This document shows, piece after piece, positions 1-12,626 of a DNA stretch of 64,000 nucleotides (position 1 is the first letter of the stretch; each line of letters opens with the position of its first letter). Origin of the DNA: Macrostomum lignano (taxonomy: Eukaryota); the NCBI GenBank assembly GCA_002269645.1, contig NIVC01001409.1:1-64000 (forward strand), given 5' to 3'. The notes below the pieces were generated by a model that did no database searches, was not told the DNA's origin, and saw nothing but the letters and a program-made list of their open reading frames with translations. The translations under genes and the position numbers were made by a program.

Positions 1-18
1 CCCTCCCCCCCCCCCTAG

Positions 19-349
19 CAACAAGCGTGTCCGGCACAGTCAAGTGGTTCAACGTGAAGAATGGCTACGGCTTCATCAACAGGGACGACACCAAGCAGGA
101 CGTGTTTGTGCACCAGTCCGCCATTGCCAAGAACAACCCGGCTAAGTGGAACGCAGCGTCGGCGAAAACGAACGAGTCGAATTCGACGTTGTACAAGGGC
201 CCAAAAGGCGAGGAAGCCACCAATGTGACCGGGCCGGACGGGCGCCGTCCAGGGCAGCGAGTACGCGTCCGAGAGGCGCGGCGGACGCGTTCAGAGGCGG
301 CCGCAGCCGTAGACGGCCCTACGGCGGTCGGGCGGAGACGGACCGCCGG
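19..349 (+). CDS. YBX: Y-box binding protein (YB-1/FRGY2 family), cold-shock-domain exon; 5' part lies upstream of the window; several apparent frameshifts
   Basis: Polypyrimidine tract plus AG at 17-18. Reads [41 protein letters not shown], then after frame changes [18 protein letters not shown] / [12 protein letters not shown] / [13 protein letters not shown]. This matches the YB-1 CSD and the VQGSKYA motif that follows it. GT at 350-351. Confidence 0.9.
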
Positions 350-359
350 TTAGAGCTCT

Positions 360-1610
360 TTGGTGCCTGCCCAGTTCCCCAATTCCAGTTCTCCAACCCC
401 AGTTCCCCAACCCCGGTTCCCCAATTCCAGTTCTCCAACCCCAGTTCCCCAACCCCGGTTCCCCAATTCCAGTTCCCCAACCCCAGTTCCCCAACCCCAG
501 TTCCCCAACCCGGTTCCCCAATTCCAGTTCTCCAACCCCAGTTCCCCAACCCCGGTTCCCCAATTCCAGTTCTCCAACCCCAGTTCCCCAACCCCGGTTC
601 CCCAATTCCAGTTCTCCAACCCCAGTTCCCCAACCCCGGTTCCCAATTCCAGTTCCCCAACCCCAGTTCCCCAACCCCAGTTCCCAACCCCAGTTCCCCA
701 ACCCCGGTTCCCCAATTCCAGTTCCCCAACCCCAGTTCCCCTACCCCAGTTCCCCAACCCCGGTTCCCCAACCCCGGTTCCCCAATTCCAGTTCCCCAAC
801 CCCAGTTCCCTACCCCAGTTCCCCAACCCCAGTTCCCCAACCCCGGTTCACCAATTTCAGTTCTCCAACCCCAGTTCCCCAACCCCGGTTCACCAATTTC
901 AGTTCTCCAACCCCAGTTCCCCAACCCCGGTTCCCAATTCCAGTTCCCCAACCCCAGTTCCCCAACCCCAGTTCCCAACCCCGGTTCCCCAATTCCAGTT
1001 CCCCAACCCCAGTTCCCCAACCCCAGTTCCCCACCCCGGTTCCCCAATTCCAGTTCCCCAACCCAGTTCCCCTACCCCAGTTCCCCAACCCCAGTTCCCC
1101 AATTCCAGTTCTCCAACCCCAGTTCCCCAACCCCGGTTCCCCAATTCCAGTTCCCAACCCCAGTTCCCCAACCCCGGTTCCCCAATTCCAGTTCCCCAAC
1201 CCCAGTTCCCAACCCCAGTTCCCAACCCCAGTTCCCCAACCCCAGTTCCCTAACCCCCTTCCCCCCCATCCCTAACCCCAGTTCCCCAACCCCCATACCT
1301 AACCCCAGTTCCCCAACCCCCCATAACCCCAGTTCCCCAACCCCAGTTCCCCAATTCCAGTTCCCCAACCCCAGTTCCCCAACCCAGTTCCCCAACCCCC
1401 ATCCCTAACCCCAGTTCCCAACCCCAGTTCCCCAACCCCAGTTCCCCAACCCCAGTCCCTAACCCCGGTTCCCCAACCCCCCCATCCGTAACCCAGTTCC
1501 CCAACCCCATCCCTAACCCAGTTCCCCAACCCCCCATCCCTAACCCCAGTTCCCTAACCCCGGTTCCCTAACCCAGTTCCCAAACCCCAGTTACCCGAAT
1601 CCCTAACCTT
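360..1610. repeat. C-rich degenerate tandem array (CCCCAACCCCAGTT / CCCCAATTCCAGTT modules) filling the Y-box intron
   Basis: Direct reading; drifts into CCCTAACCC variants after about 1248. Confidence 0.95.
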
Positions 1611-1667
1611 GCCGCTCCCTCAAACTCTTCCAGATCCCCAGTCAGCCGCCCCACTCTCCCATTTCAG

Positions 1668-2091
1668 ATGAAGCAGGGCCTGCCAGATGCGCCGCCCCCG
1701 CCTCCCAGTAGAGGCGGCGTGGCGCCCCGCCGCCGGCCCTACACGATGGGCCGCCTGCTGCTGCTGGCGGCGGCCGCGGTGGTGGCGGGCCCCCCTTCCA
1801 GCCGAGGCCTCCAGAGGAATTCAGCGATCGTGGCGGCTATAGCGGCGGTCGTGGTGGCTACGGCGGCGGCCGCGGTGGTGGCGGGCCCCCCTTCCAGCCG
1901 AGGCCTCCGCCAGAGGAATTCAGCGATCGTGGCGCTACGGCGGCGGCCGTGGTGGCTACGGCGGCGGCCGTGGCGGCTACGGCGGCGGCCGTGGAGGCTA
2001 CCGCGGCTATAGCGGCCGCGGCGGCCAGTGGAGCAGAGGCGGCGGCTCACGGAGACGCGGTAGTGGTCGCTATCCACTGCGGGGTGGAGAG
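1668..2091 (+). CDS. YBX: Y-box protein RGG/GY-rich C-terminal exon (apparent frameshifts)
   Basis: atttcAG acceptor ending 1667. Encodes RGGYSGGRGGYGGGRGG...GRGGQWSRGGGSRRRGSGRYPLRGGE. GTGAGA donor at 2092. Confidence 0.7.
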
Positions 2092-2119
2092 GTGAGAGTG
2101 AACCGCCCTCTGTTCCCTG

Positions 2120-2203
2120 AATAATCGCCCTCTGCTCCCGAATAATCGCCCTCTGCTCCTGAATAATCGCCCTCTGCTCCCCGAATATTCGCCCTCTGCT
2201 CCC
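2120..2203. repeat. Short ~20-bp array (AATAATCGCCCTCTGCTCC) in the last Y-box intron
   Basis: About 4 copies read directly. Confidence 0.85.
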
Positions 2204-2207
2204 TAAG

Positions 2208-2264
2208 CAGCAGCCGTTTATTCCCAACCCGCAGGGAGCAGCGCAGGGAGAGTCGGAGGCGTGA
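2208..2264 (+). CDS. YBX: Probable terminal exon of the Y-box gene (QQPFIPNPQGAAQGESEA*)
   Basis: ccctaAG acceptor; phase 0 matches the previous donor; TGA at 2262-2264. Confidence 0.5.
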   Translation, partial: QQPFIPNPQGAAQGESEA

Positions 2265-2744
2265 CCAGCTTAACTGGCTGCCCGCAGCTGAGCTGTCCGT
2301 GATGCACCGGACTGCGGCATTGCATGCGAACTCGTTCATACTCGACACTGGGACCCGTCCTTCACCCAGAGCTCCCCGGCCCGCTTGCCCAGGCTTCCCC
2401 CCACTCAGTTTTTCTATAGCTATTTGTATTGATGGTTAAATTGTTGCTATAACGAATTCATAAATATATTTGCAATCATATGCCGCTGGGTTAGTAGAGA
2501 GCCGACAGCTGCTCTGCAGACTGACTGCTTCACGGGCTGGCAGCTGTGATTTCAGTGTTGGACAATTGCTTAGAGCGGCGGCTTGGAACAAAAAGCAAAT
2601 CGAGTAAGGCTTGTTTTCTGAGTGCCTTTTGATTTTTACCTGCGCTTGCTAAACTGAAATATTCATGCGTCACTTAATCTCCTCAGTCTCGTTGAGAAAA
2701 CCTGCGGACTACTCGAAAGTTGGATTCGATCTTGATGAATTCAA

Positions 2745-3966
2745 CACACCAGGAGAATCGCCCTTCCATCCACCAGGAGAATCGCCCTTCCATCCACAGG
2801 AGAATCGCCCTTCCATCCACCAGGAGAATCGCCCTTCCATCCACAGGAGAATCGCCCTTCCATCCACAGGAGAATCGCCCTTCCATCCACAGGAGAATCG
2901 CCCTTCCATCCACAGGAGAATCGCCTTCCATCCACCAGGAGAATCGCCCTTCCATCCACCAGGAGAATCGCCCTTCCATCCACAGGAGAATCGCCCTTCC
3001 ATCCACCAGGAGAATCGCCCTTCCATCCACAGGAGAATCGCCCTTCCATCCAACAGGAGAATCGCCCTTCCATCCACAGGAGAATCGCCCTTCCATCCAC
3101 AGGAGAATCGCCCTTCCATCCACCAGGAGAATCGCCCTTCCATCCACCAGGAGAATCGCCCTTCCATCCACAGGAGAATCGCCCTTCCATCCACCAGGAG
3201 AATCGCCCTTCCATCCACCAGGAGAATCGCCCTTCCATCCACAGGAGAATCGCTCTTCCATCCACAGGAGAATCGCCCTTCCATCCACAGGAGAATCGCC
3301 CTTCCATCCACAGGAGAATCGCCCTTCCATCCACCAGGAGAATCGCCCTTCCATCCACCAGGAGAATCGCCCTTCCATCCACAGGAGAATCGCCCTTCCA
3401 TCCACAGGAGAATCGCCCTTCCATCCACAGGAGAATCGCCCTTCCATCCACAGGAGAATCGCCCTTCCATCCACAGGAGAATCGCCCTTCCATCCACAGG
3501 AGAATCGCCCTTCCATCCACAGGAGAATCGCCCTTCCATCCACCAGGAGAATCGCCCTTCCATCCACGGGAGAATCGCCTTCCATCCACCAGGAGATTTG
3601 CCCTTCCATCCACAGGAGAATCGCCCTTCCATCCACAGGAGAATCGCCCTTCCATCCACAGGAGAATCGCCCTTCCATTCACAGGAGAATCGCCTTCCAT
3701 CCACAGGAGAATCGCCCTTCCATCCACCAGGAGAATCGCCCTTCCATCCACGGGAGAATCGCCTTCCATCCACCAGGAGAATCGCCCTTCCATCCACAGG
3801 AGAATCGCCCTTCCATCCACAGGAGAATCGCCCTTCCATCCACAGGAGAATCGCCCTTCCATTCACAGGAGAATCGCCTTCCATCCACAGGAGAATCGCC
3901 CTTCAATCCACAGGAGAATCGCCCTTCCATCCACAGGAGAATCGCCCTTCCATCCACAGGAGAATG
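2745..3966. repeat. 23/24-bp minisatellite CCAC(C)AGGAGAATCGCCCTTCCAT
   Basis: Direct reading; frame-breaking unit-length variation. Confidence 0.97.
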
Positions 3967-4553
3967 GTTCTTCATGCCTCATCACTTAGAGTACATGACG
4001 AAGTACGGCTGTTCACCTGTAGATATCAAATCAGTCTGTAGATTAGAATCCCCTGTCTGCGCAAAACGGCCAATCCCGGGCAGAATCTGATTAAAAATCG
4101 CAGAGCCTGACGGCAGCTCGAGAGGGATGGGTGGCTTGAGCCCGGCTCAGTCTGCTTCATTCCCATCGAGTTTTTGCGCCGATATGCCTAAAAAATCGGG
4201 GGTCTGTGTTTTGCTGCCATGGAAACGGAAATGACGCGTGCCGATTGAGAGCTGGCGCGAGTATGCCGCCAGTTTCCGCGTGACCTGCTGCTCAAATTGC
4301 AGTCGAATTTGAGTCCCCTGCATTCGCCTGGCCATCTCCGGCCTCCGCACTCCCACCTGCGAAGGGAGCGCGCGGGAGGCGAGGCCGGCAGCTGATTGCT
4401 AACTGGGGGAGATGAGGCACGATCGAATGGGATGCTGGAGGGGGTGGGGCTCCCCGATCTCTCAAATGCTGTAGCCAGCGGGGCAGAAGCGGACTGTGAC
4501 ACAGACTGCACTTCACCTCTCCGGCGGGTGGAACTACAGCTCAGCGCAGCCCC

Positions 4554-4829
4554 ATGAACAGTAAGCAGCAGCCAAGCCAGATGCAGCAGCAGTCAACTCC
4601 AAAGCCGCTGCTACAGCCGCCCTTGCTCCAGCAGCAGCAGCAGGAGCGCTGCGCCCGCGACGTGCCGGGCATGGAGTCCGCGGCCGACGCCCTGCTGGAC
4701 GCGGTGACCCGGGGCAAAAGCCATCTGGTAAAGTTTCTGCTGGAGGCCTGCGAAAAAGAAGTAGAAGTGGCCACGAACTTTCGCGACTTCAAAGGCAAAA
4801 CGCCGCTCATCAGGGCCGTGTACATCACC
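4554..4829 (+). CDS. Ankyrin-repeat protein, ANKRD63-like, exon 1
   Basis: ATG at 4554, Q-rich N-terminus, then DALLDAVTRGKSHLVKFLLE...GKTPLIRAVYIT; GTAAGC donor at 4830. Confidence 0.8.
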
Positions 4830-5242
4830 GTAAGCGCCCGGCCTTGCTTCCCTCATTTTTTTCTGCGGCTCAGAGAGCTTTTTAGCTAATTAATTACTGT
4901 CACGGCCGTCGGCTCCGCCCGGACCACCCAGACTGCGCAGGGAGACAGAGTGGGCTGCCACACCGTGCCCGTGTTCGCGGTTTAGCAGCGGTGCTTACCT
5001 CGCGAACTAGGGATGGAATTTTTTAATCAGACTGGGAATTCGGGATTCTGAAATTTCCAAGGCGAGAATGCTGATAGGGATAGTGTAGCGTTGGGATTAA
5101 GGCGTGGAATTAAGGCTTTGATTAGCACTGAAATTTGTGTGGGAGGCTGGCTAGGCCCTTAATCGGCTGTAATTACTGCAGGACTAGGATTTGCGTTTCG
5201 CTTCAGGGTTTTTATAAGGGCTCTAGACAAGGCTGTAGTAAA

Positions 5243-5732
5243 GGTTATAGTCAAGGCTGTATAGTCAAGGCTGTATTGTCAAGGCTGTATTGTCAAGGCT
5301 GTATTGTCAAGGCTGTATAGCCAAGGCTGTATTGTCAAGGCTGTAGCCAAGGCTGTAATCAAGGCTGTATAGTCAAGGCTGTAATCAAGGCTGTAGCCAA
5401 GGCTGTAATCAAGGCTGTATAGTCAAGGCTGTAGCCAAGGCTGTAATCAAGGCTGTATAGTCAAGGCTGTAATCAAGGCTGTATAGTCAAGGCTGTAGCC
5501 AAGGCTGTAATCAAGGCTGTATTGTAGCCAAGGCTGTATAGTCAAGGCTGTAGCCAAGTCTGTAATCAAGGCTGTATAGTCAAGGCTGTAGCCAAGGCTG
5601 TAATCAAGGTTGTATAGTCAAGGCTGTAGCCAAGGCTGTAATCAAGGTTGTATAGTCAAGGCTGTAGCCAAGGCTGTAATCAAGGCTGTAATCAAGGCTT
5701 TAATCAAGGCTGTATAGTCAAGGCTATAGTCA
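5243..5732. repeat. 12-14-bp array (TCAAGGCTGTA core) in ANKRD63-like intron 1
   Basis: Direct reading. Confidence 0.95.
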
Positions 5733-5954
5733 ATACTGAATACTGTAGTCAGAGGCTCGTTCGCATTGACATAGAATGAAACAGCAATGTACAGGTGACG
5801 TACAAGCCGTGTGTTTACTAAACTTGGCCTCAGTTGATGGCGTTGTTAACATGCCTTTAATTGTCAAAAAAATTTTTTTGTAAAAGGGTGTGAAGCACCT
5901 TTTGATGCATTGTCCCACAACAGCGCTGAGGCAATTCAGCCCATTCCGCTGACT

Positions 5955-6170
5955 GTGATAGGGTTAATGTTGGGATGTGATAGGGTTAATGTAGGGATGT
6001 GATAGGGTTAGTGTAGGGATGTGATAGGGTTAGTGTAGGGATGTGATAGGGTTAGTGTAGGGATGTGATAGGGTTAATGTAGGGATGTGATAGGGTTAAT
6101 GTAGGTCTGTGATAGGGTTAGTGTAGGGATGTGATAGGGTTAGTGTAGATCTGTGATAGGGTTAGGGTAG
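5955..6170. repeat. 22-bp array GTGATAGGGTTA(A/G)TGTAGGGAT in ANKRD63-like intron 1
   Basis: Direct reading. Confidence 0.95.
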
Positions 6171-6261
6171 GGCTCTGGTAGGATTAGTGTAGGGCTCTGG
6201 TAGGGGCTAAGCCCCAGGAACAGTTTCCAGACCAATGCACGCAGAGCCGGTGCACCCACAG

Positions 6262-6436
6262 GAAGAGAAGTGCCGGCAGAGGATCATGGAGATGCTGCTG
6301 CGCCATGGCGCCGACCCGAACTCGCAGGACGACTCGGGCAGGACGGCTCTGAGCTACGCCTGCGAGCTGCGGCGCAACGACGTGGTCCGGATGCTGGTCA
6401 AGCACAACGTGGACCCGGAGCTGCCCGACAAAGACG
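6262..6436 (+). CDS. ANKRD63-like exon 2
   Basis: cacccacAG acceptor, phase 0. EEKCRQRIMEMLLRHGADPNSQDDSGRTALSYACELRRNDVVRMLVKHNVDPELPDKD are ankyrin repeats. GT donor at 6437, phase 1. Confidence 0.85.
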
Positions 6437-7394
6437 GTGGGATGCTTTGGGATGCTTTATGGCAACCACTTAGCAACTGGAATTATTCATTTTTGCGACG
6501 TTTTTGTTTGCTGCTCTCGTCCTGTCACCTGTCATCGCCTCCGAAACTCTTTACCTTCCACTGGTCTCCTTGGCTCTCCTGTTGCAATTGCAATTCGCCC
6601 TCTTCCAGTTCCGAATTTTACTAGAGCTTTTCCTCTCCTCTCTAATTTTCTGCCGCATTGCTGCAGAGCCGGGCAAGCAGCTACCGGCTGCTCCCCTGGG
6701 CAGAAGAGCTCCGATGAGGGGGAGGCGGTGGTGCGAAACAAGCAGTTTCTTGGGAAGAACTTCGAGTTCGGCCGGATTAAGGATGGCGGCAGCCCGGCTC
6801 GGTCTCTCTGAGCTCCTCTCCCGGGAAACAGCAAACTTGAGCACTCGCCTCTCCCGCCCTGGCCTGCAGCAACTTCCTTCTCAGGTGGGGGAGGGGGAGA
6901 TCCCGAGGCCGGCTGCAGCCTGCTGCCTGGACTCTACGCCGGGTCTGCGAGCTGAGTCTCCTCTCTTCGGTCTCCATGGCAACTCCCCTGGCTTCCTTTT
7001 GCTTCTCCGACTCCCGATCAGCTTTCTTACCTTACTGCTCCTAGAAGCAGAGGCTGTGGCTCCGTCACGCACAGGGCCAGCTGCAGGAAGTCACTTTGCC
7101 GCAATTAGCAGCCCGAGCTCCCATGGCTGATGGCACTCCGCGGCTCTTGAGTAGAGCCGATCTTTCTCCGGGCACCAGTTTCTGCTCCGCTCTTTTCTTT
7201 GGAGGAAAAAAGAAAAGTGGGGAAGGTGCTCTGTCTGATCTTCCCTATTCATTTTCGCTGCCCTCTTTGAGGCCGTCTTTTTTCGTAATCAAGAAAATTA
7301 GCTGGGACTAAATTTATCTGTTTACGATTCTGGACAGGTGCACATCAACTCTCTGTACGCTCTCTGTAAATACGATCGGTATGCCTCTGTATCT

Positions 7395-7732
7395 GTCTGT
7401 GTCCTTAGATTTCTGTCTGTGTCCTTAGATTTCTGTCTGTGTCCTTAGATTTCTGTCTGTGTCCTTAGATTTCTGTCTGTGTCCGTAGATTTCTGTCTGT
7501 GTCCTTAGATTTCTGTCTGTGTCCTTAGATTTCTGTCTGTGTCCGTAGATTTCTGTCTGTGTCCTTAGATTTCTGTCTGTGTCCTTAGATTTCTGTCTGT
7601 GTCCTTAGATTTCTGTCTGTGTCCTTAGATTTCTGTCTGTGTCGGTAGCTTTCTGTCTGTGTCCTTAGATTTCTGTCTGTCGGTAGATTTCTGCCTGTGT
7701 CCGCAGATTTCTGTCTGTGTCGGTAGATTTCT
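7395..7732. repeat. 20-bp array GTCCTTAGATTTCTGTCTGT in ANKRD63-like intron 2
   Basis: Direct reading. Confidence 0.95.
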
Positions 7733-7855
7733 AGCGATGTCCCTCCGTCTGGCCTCTGTGGGTCTGCTTTTACTGCAGGCCTGTTACTTAAGAGGCTGCA
7801 GTAAAATGAACCCGCAATTTCATTTGGATTGGTGCCATTATCGACCCGGCCGCAG

Positions 7856-8402
7856 GCAACACTCCGCTGATGCACTGCGCCCGCGTCGGAAACGACTCCG
7901 GCATTGTGGTGCTGCTGAAGTGCTTCCGCCGGCTGGGCCTCGACCCGGACAGGTGCAACAGGGCTGGCTGCACCGCTCTGCTCATCGCCGCCCGCGGCGG
8001 GTTCCTCGAATGCGCCGGCCTGCTGGCCAGCGAGGGCCGCGCCTCGGTGACCCGGGCTGACCCGAGTTCGGGCGCAACCCCGAGCAATGGGCCCGGGCGC
8101 AGGGCTGCACCACGCCGGAGGTGGCGCCGTTCAGCGCCGACAGGCAGACGGCGGCCAGGCGAGGCCGGGGCGAACCCCTGCCGCTCGACGCCAGCGGCAG
8201 CTGCAGCGAAGTGGACGACGATGACGACGACGATAGCGGATCATCGGCTTCGTCCGGCCCGACCGAGCGGGAGGCCCTCGGCGAGGTGCGGGCTTCCAGG
8301 AGCTCCACCCTGACCACGCGGGTTGGCAGCGTCGGCCGGGACGACGACTTCAGGAGCTCAGGAGAGGAGAACGGGCGGGCGAGAAGCGGCAGATCGAACT
8401 AG
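7856..8402 (+). CDS. ANKRD63-like exon 3 (one apparent 1-nt frameshift near 8080)
   Basis: ccgcAG acceptor, phase 1. GNTPLMHCARVGNDSGIVVLLKCFRRLGLDPDRCNRAGCTALLIAARGG resembles the ANKRD63 motif FRRLGLRLDRTNRAGLTALQLAAARG. The acidic tail is in a shifted frame and ends at TAG 8400-8402. Confidence 0.75.
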
Positions 8403-8848
8403 GGCTTGGGATTCAGGGAGAGTGGGGCTTGGGATTCAGGGAGAGTGGGGCTTGGGATTCAGGGAGAGTGGGGCTTGGGATTCAGGGAGAGTGGGGCTTG
8501 GGATTCAGAGAGAGTGCAGGGGCTTGGGATTCAGGGAGAGTGGGACTTGGGATTCAGAGAGAGTGCAGGGGCTTGGGATTCAGGGAGAGTGGGACTTGGG
8601 ATTCAGGGAGAGTGCAGGGGCTTGGGATTCAGGGAGAGTGCAGGGGCTTGGGATTCAGGGAGAGTGCAGGGGCTTGGGATTCAGGGAGAGTGGGGCTTGG
8701 GATTCAGGGAGAGTGCAGGGGCTTGGGATTCAGAGAGAGTGCAGGGGCTTGGGATTCAGGGAGAGTGGGACTTGGGATTCAGGGAGAGTGAGGCTTGGTA
8801 TTGAGGGAGCTTGGGATTCAGGGAGAGTGGGGCTTAGGATTTAGGGAG
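8402..8848. repeat. 23/26-bp G-rich array GGGCTTGGGATTCAGGGAGAGTG(CAG)
   Basis: Direct reading; begins at the stop codon. Confidence 0.95.
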
Positions 8849-10254
8849 TGATCGAAGTTAGTATTTAGGAAGAGTTAGTTTTTGCAGACACATCAGCATC
8901 TTTAGTAAACTTTTTAGTAAAGTTTTAAGTCAGACTTTTGCTTCAATACCCCATGCCATAGATAAAATATAGCAGCTTAAGCTTCAAATTTCTGAGCTTT
9001 CGCTTAATATTCACTTAATTTGTGTCCAATATGTGTTGTCGGATGCACCACACAGCACCCAACCTTATCGCAAATGTTTTCAGAACTAATTGTACTTTTT
9101 TGTCCATCTGCAGACAAATTTTCCCAGTTTACATTTAATTTCCCAGAGTTACATTTAATAAACAGATTAAATTATACGCTCATCTCCTGTCCGTAAATAT
9201 ATTGTTAATTACAATAACAATACATCACACCAGCAATGTTGTGCTGCCTTAAAAACTAATGGAGCGGATCTTTGCAAAGTCTTTGCTTCCCTGTCAGTTT
9301 TCATGGGATCCGGGCTGAACTGCAGTTACGCTCGTACAGGAAGCTTTGCTACTCATCTTGCAGGGCCACTTAGACAGGGGCAAAATGCGAACCCGTCAAT
9401 AGCGTGATCTGCCTGCTGCTGTGCGACCCCGGGGCGCCCGCAACCGCGGGTTTTAAAAAGATAATTGATTTTATACAGCCAATCTCAATGTTATCATAGA
9501 TGTACATGCATGTTAAGGCATTTAAGTAAAATTTGAAAATCCCCGCCTCTTGTTCAACCTCAAGAGTGCAAGACAACAAAAGGTTGGCCAATAGACGAGT
9601 ATGGTAAAACTACAAAACGTTTTGACATGCTGAACATGACAAACTTATAATAGGTGACAATTTCAATTTCCAAATGGTTTTGTAAAACCCATGCTAGCAC
9701 GTTTAAAATTGGTATAAGTTTTGCTCAGCATTTCAAGTCGTTTTGGCGCAGCTTTACCACTCAATATAAGAGCAGATTTGCAAAACAGCTTGGGCTAATT
9801 CGAACATTCCAGTCGTTCACAGTGAACACAATCCGGAAACTTTTGCAACAAGACTCTTATTTGACCATCTGACCAGCATTCACACGGCATTAAGGTTCAA
9901 GCCACAGCATCCATGGTTGAGCAGCTCCATTCCAAATCGAAGCGTATGGCTCTAAATCAAGGCCAGTAACAGTTGTAGCCAAATTGGCACAGCCCTACAT
10001 GTATTGAGCCATGCCTGCTTCAAGTTGCAACTTACGATGCTACGTTGCAACTTATCTCGTGTTTCCTGGCCCACCCTTCTGTATGTAAAATTCAAATCAT
10101 CAAAATGATTCAGTTCACTAATATTCATCACGTATTGCGATAAGTGTTGCAAAAAACTGGATAACAACTCGGCATCGGATGCAGGATTGACAGGTCATGT
10201 GATGGCATTAAGCTTGCATATAAGGTTATGAACTTTGAGCATTGGATTAAGAAT

Positions 10255-10705
10255 ACGGTATGGGGAATGGGTTATGAATATGGGATGGGACATGGGTATG
10301 GAGCATGGTTATGGGATGGGGCATGGGTATGGGATGGGGCATGGGTATGGGATGGGGCATGGGTATGGGATGGGGCATGGGTATGGGATGGGGCATGGGT
10401 ATGGGATGGGGCATGGTTATGGGATGGGGCATGGGTATGGGATGGGGCATGGGTATGGGATGGGGCATGGTTATGGGATGGGTAAGGGATAGGGCATGGG
10501 TATGTGTTGGGTATGGGATAGGGCATGGGTATGGGATAGGGCATGGGTATGTGTTGGGTATGGGATAGGGCATGGGTATGTGTTGGGTATGGGATGGGGC
10601 ATGGGTATGGGATAGGGCATGGGTATGTGTTGGGTATGGGATGGGACATGGGTATGGAGCATGGGTATGGGATGGGGCATGGGTATGGGATGGGGCATGG
10701 GTAGG
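10255..10705. repeat. 18-bp G-rich array GGGCATGGGTATGGGATG
   Basis: Direct reading. Confidence 0.95.
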
Positions 10706-11087
10706 TATGGCTCTAATATATGATACGGAGCAAAAGTTACAGTAGACCACATAATATTCATATCCATAGGGACCACATCCGATTCGGGTTGATGATTATC
10801 TTATCCTATACGCGCCAGATCTTACTGAATTCAATTCAAGCTGCAGGTTGCACAATTAAGACGAGTCTTAAGCCGATCCAGGCGACGCTACGCTACTGTA
10901 TACTTAGTCAAGTAGTACATGTATAAAAATAAACAAACAATAGAAGGCGATTTCTGCAATATCATTTTCTACACATCCAGTGATCTTTATTTTTGATTCA
11001 ATAAGCCCAATCAGCTGCAGGCAGCTGCTAAAATCTTGCACTGTCAACTATTCAAGCACAGAGTCTATCAGACAGCTTCTCAATTGA

Positions 11088-11501
<414 letters not shown>

Positions 11502-12626
11502 TTATCAGAAATTTTGTAACTGTCTCATTTTACTAAGGATACAAAACTTTTAATTTTACTAAGGATTGTTTTTTATCTTTTTTCTTTTAAGATAAAAAAG
11601 AAAAATGTCAAATTAAACTTAAATTAAATTAGTTTGCATACCTCCTATTGTAGCCAAGGGTTGAATTGTGCCAGATGATTCTTCAAATATACCAAATAAA
11701 TGTAGAAGTTGCACTAGGCAAAACCAATAACCTTTTCTTTCTTTGCTAGTCAATATATAGATATTTGCCAATGCCTATAAAAAATGAATTTATATTAATC
11801 AAATTTTAATTTGTGCTAGGTTGTTATCTATTAATAATATCCTTTGGTTTCAAAAATATATATATTCTAAAATTTCTTTGTAGGTCTAAAGGTAAGAGAA
11901 GATTAGAATAATAGATTTTAATTAAAATTAAATTGAGATTAGATTAGATTGAGATCCCTATCTTAGTACATAGATAGAGATTTAATTTATAATATATATA
12001 ATATCTAGTCATCTTGGCTAATCTAGAATATACAAGGTAAAAAGATAGAGAATTTTATAAATAGGCCTAAGAGAAAAATAAAAGAAAGAAAAAACTTTTA
12101 TAGAATAAATTATAAAAAGAAAAAGAATATTTAAATTATATATAAAATAAATTTTAAATATTATAAAAAGGCTTTTTTTATATAACTATACTTTAGAAAA
12201 AGTAGAACAATGTTGCAATAAGGTTTTTTACATATAGGCCTAGCCTAGCCACATGGTATAGATATATAGCATATTAATAGACTATCAAATTGACTAGCAG
12301 ACTAGGTAAGATTTAGGTTGCAAATATCTAGGCCCTAGGCTTAGCTTTAGCCTATACTATAAATGAGTTATTTCAATCCATCTAATCTAGTTCTACTTCT
12401 AAATAGGTTTGATATTTGATATTTAAAAAAATTCAAAAAGGTAAAAAAGGACAAAATTTGTGATTAATTTTTGTAATTTTGTAATAAAATTATATTACAA
12501 TTAGGATTTTTTATTAGGAAACTAAGATCTAAAGATTTAAATAGCCTATCAAGATCATAATGTATATCTATGTGTAATAGGGCCTAATACTATAGGTCTA
12601 ATTTATAATAATATAATAATGCTAAG

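Noticed and set aside
146-1537. Long P/Q- and G/W-rich ORFs on both strands
   Set aside because: They are translations of the intronic C-rich array; only the first ~200 nt overlap the real CSD exon.
2665-4090. Five overlapping 330-460-aa ORFs
   Set aside because: All derive from the 23/24-bp array; frames swap with unit indels, and there are no domains or splice signals.
9370-10200. Coding-like mid-GC stretch with short minus-strand ORFs
   Set aside because: Multiple stops in all frames I translated and no recognisable motif; it may be a decayed element but cannot be supported without a search.
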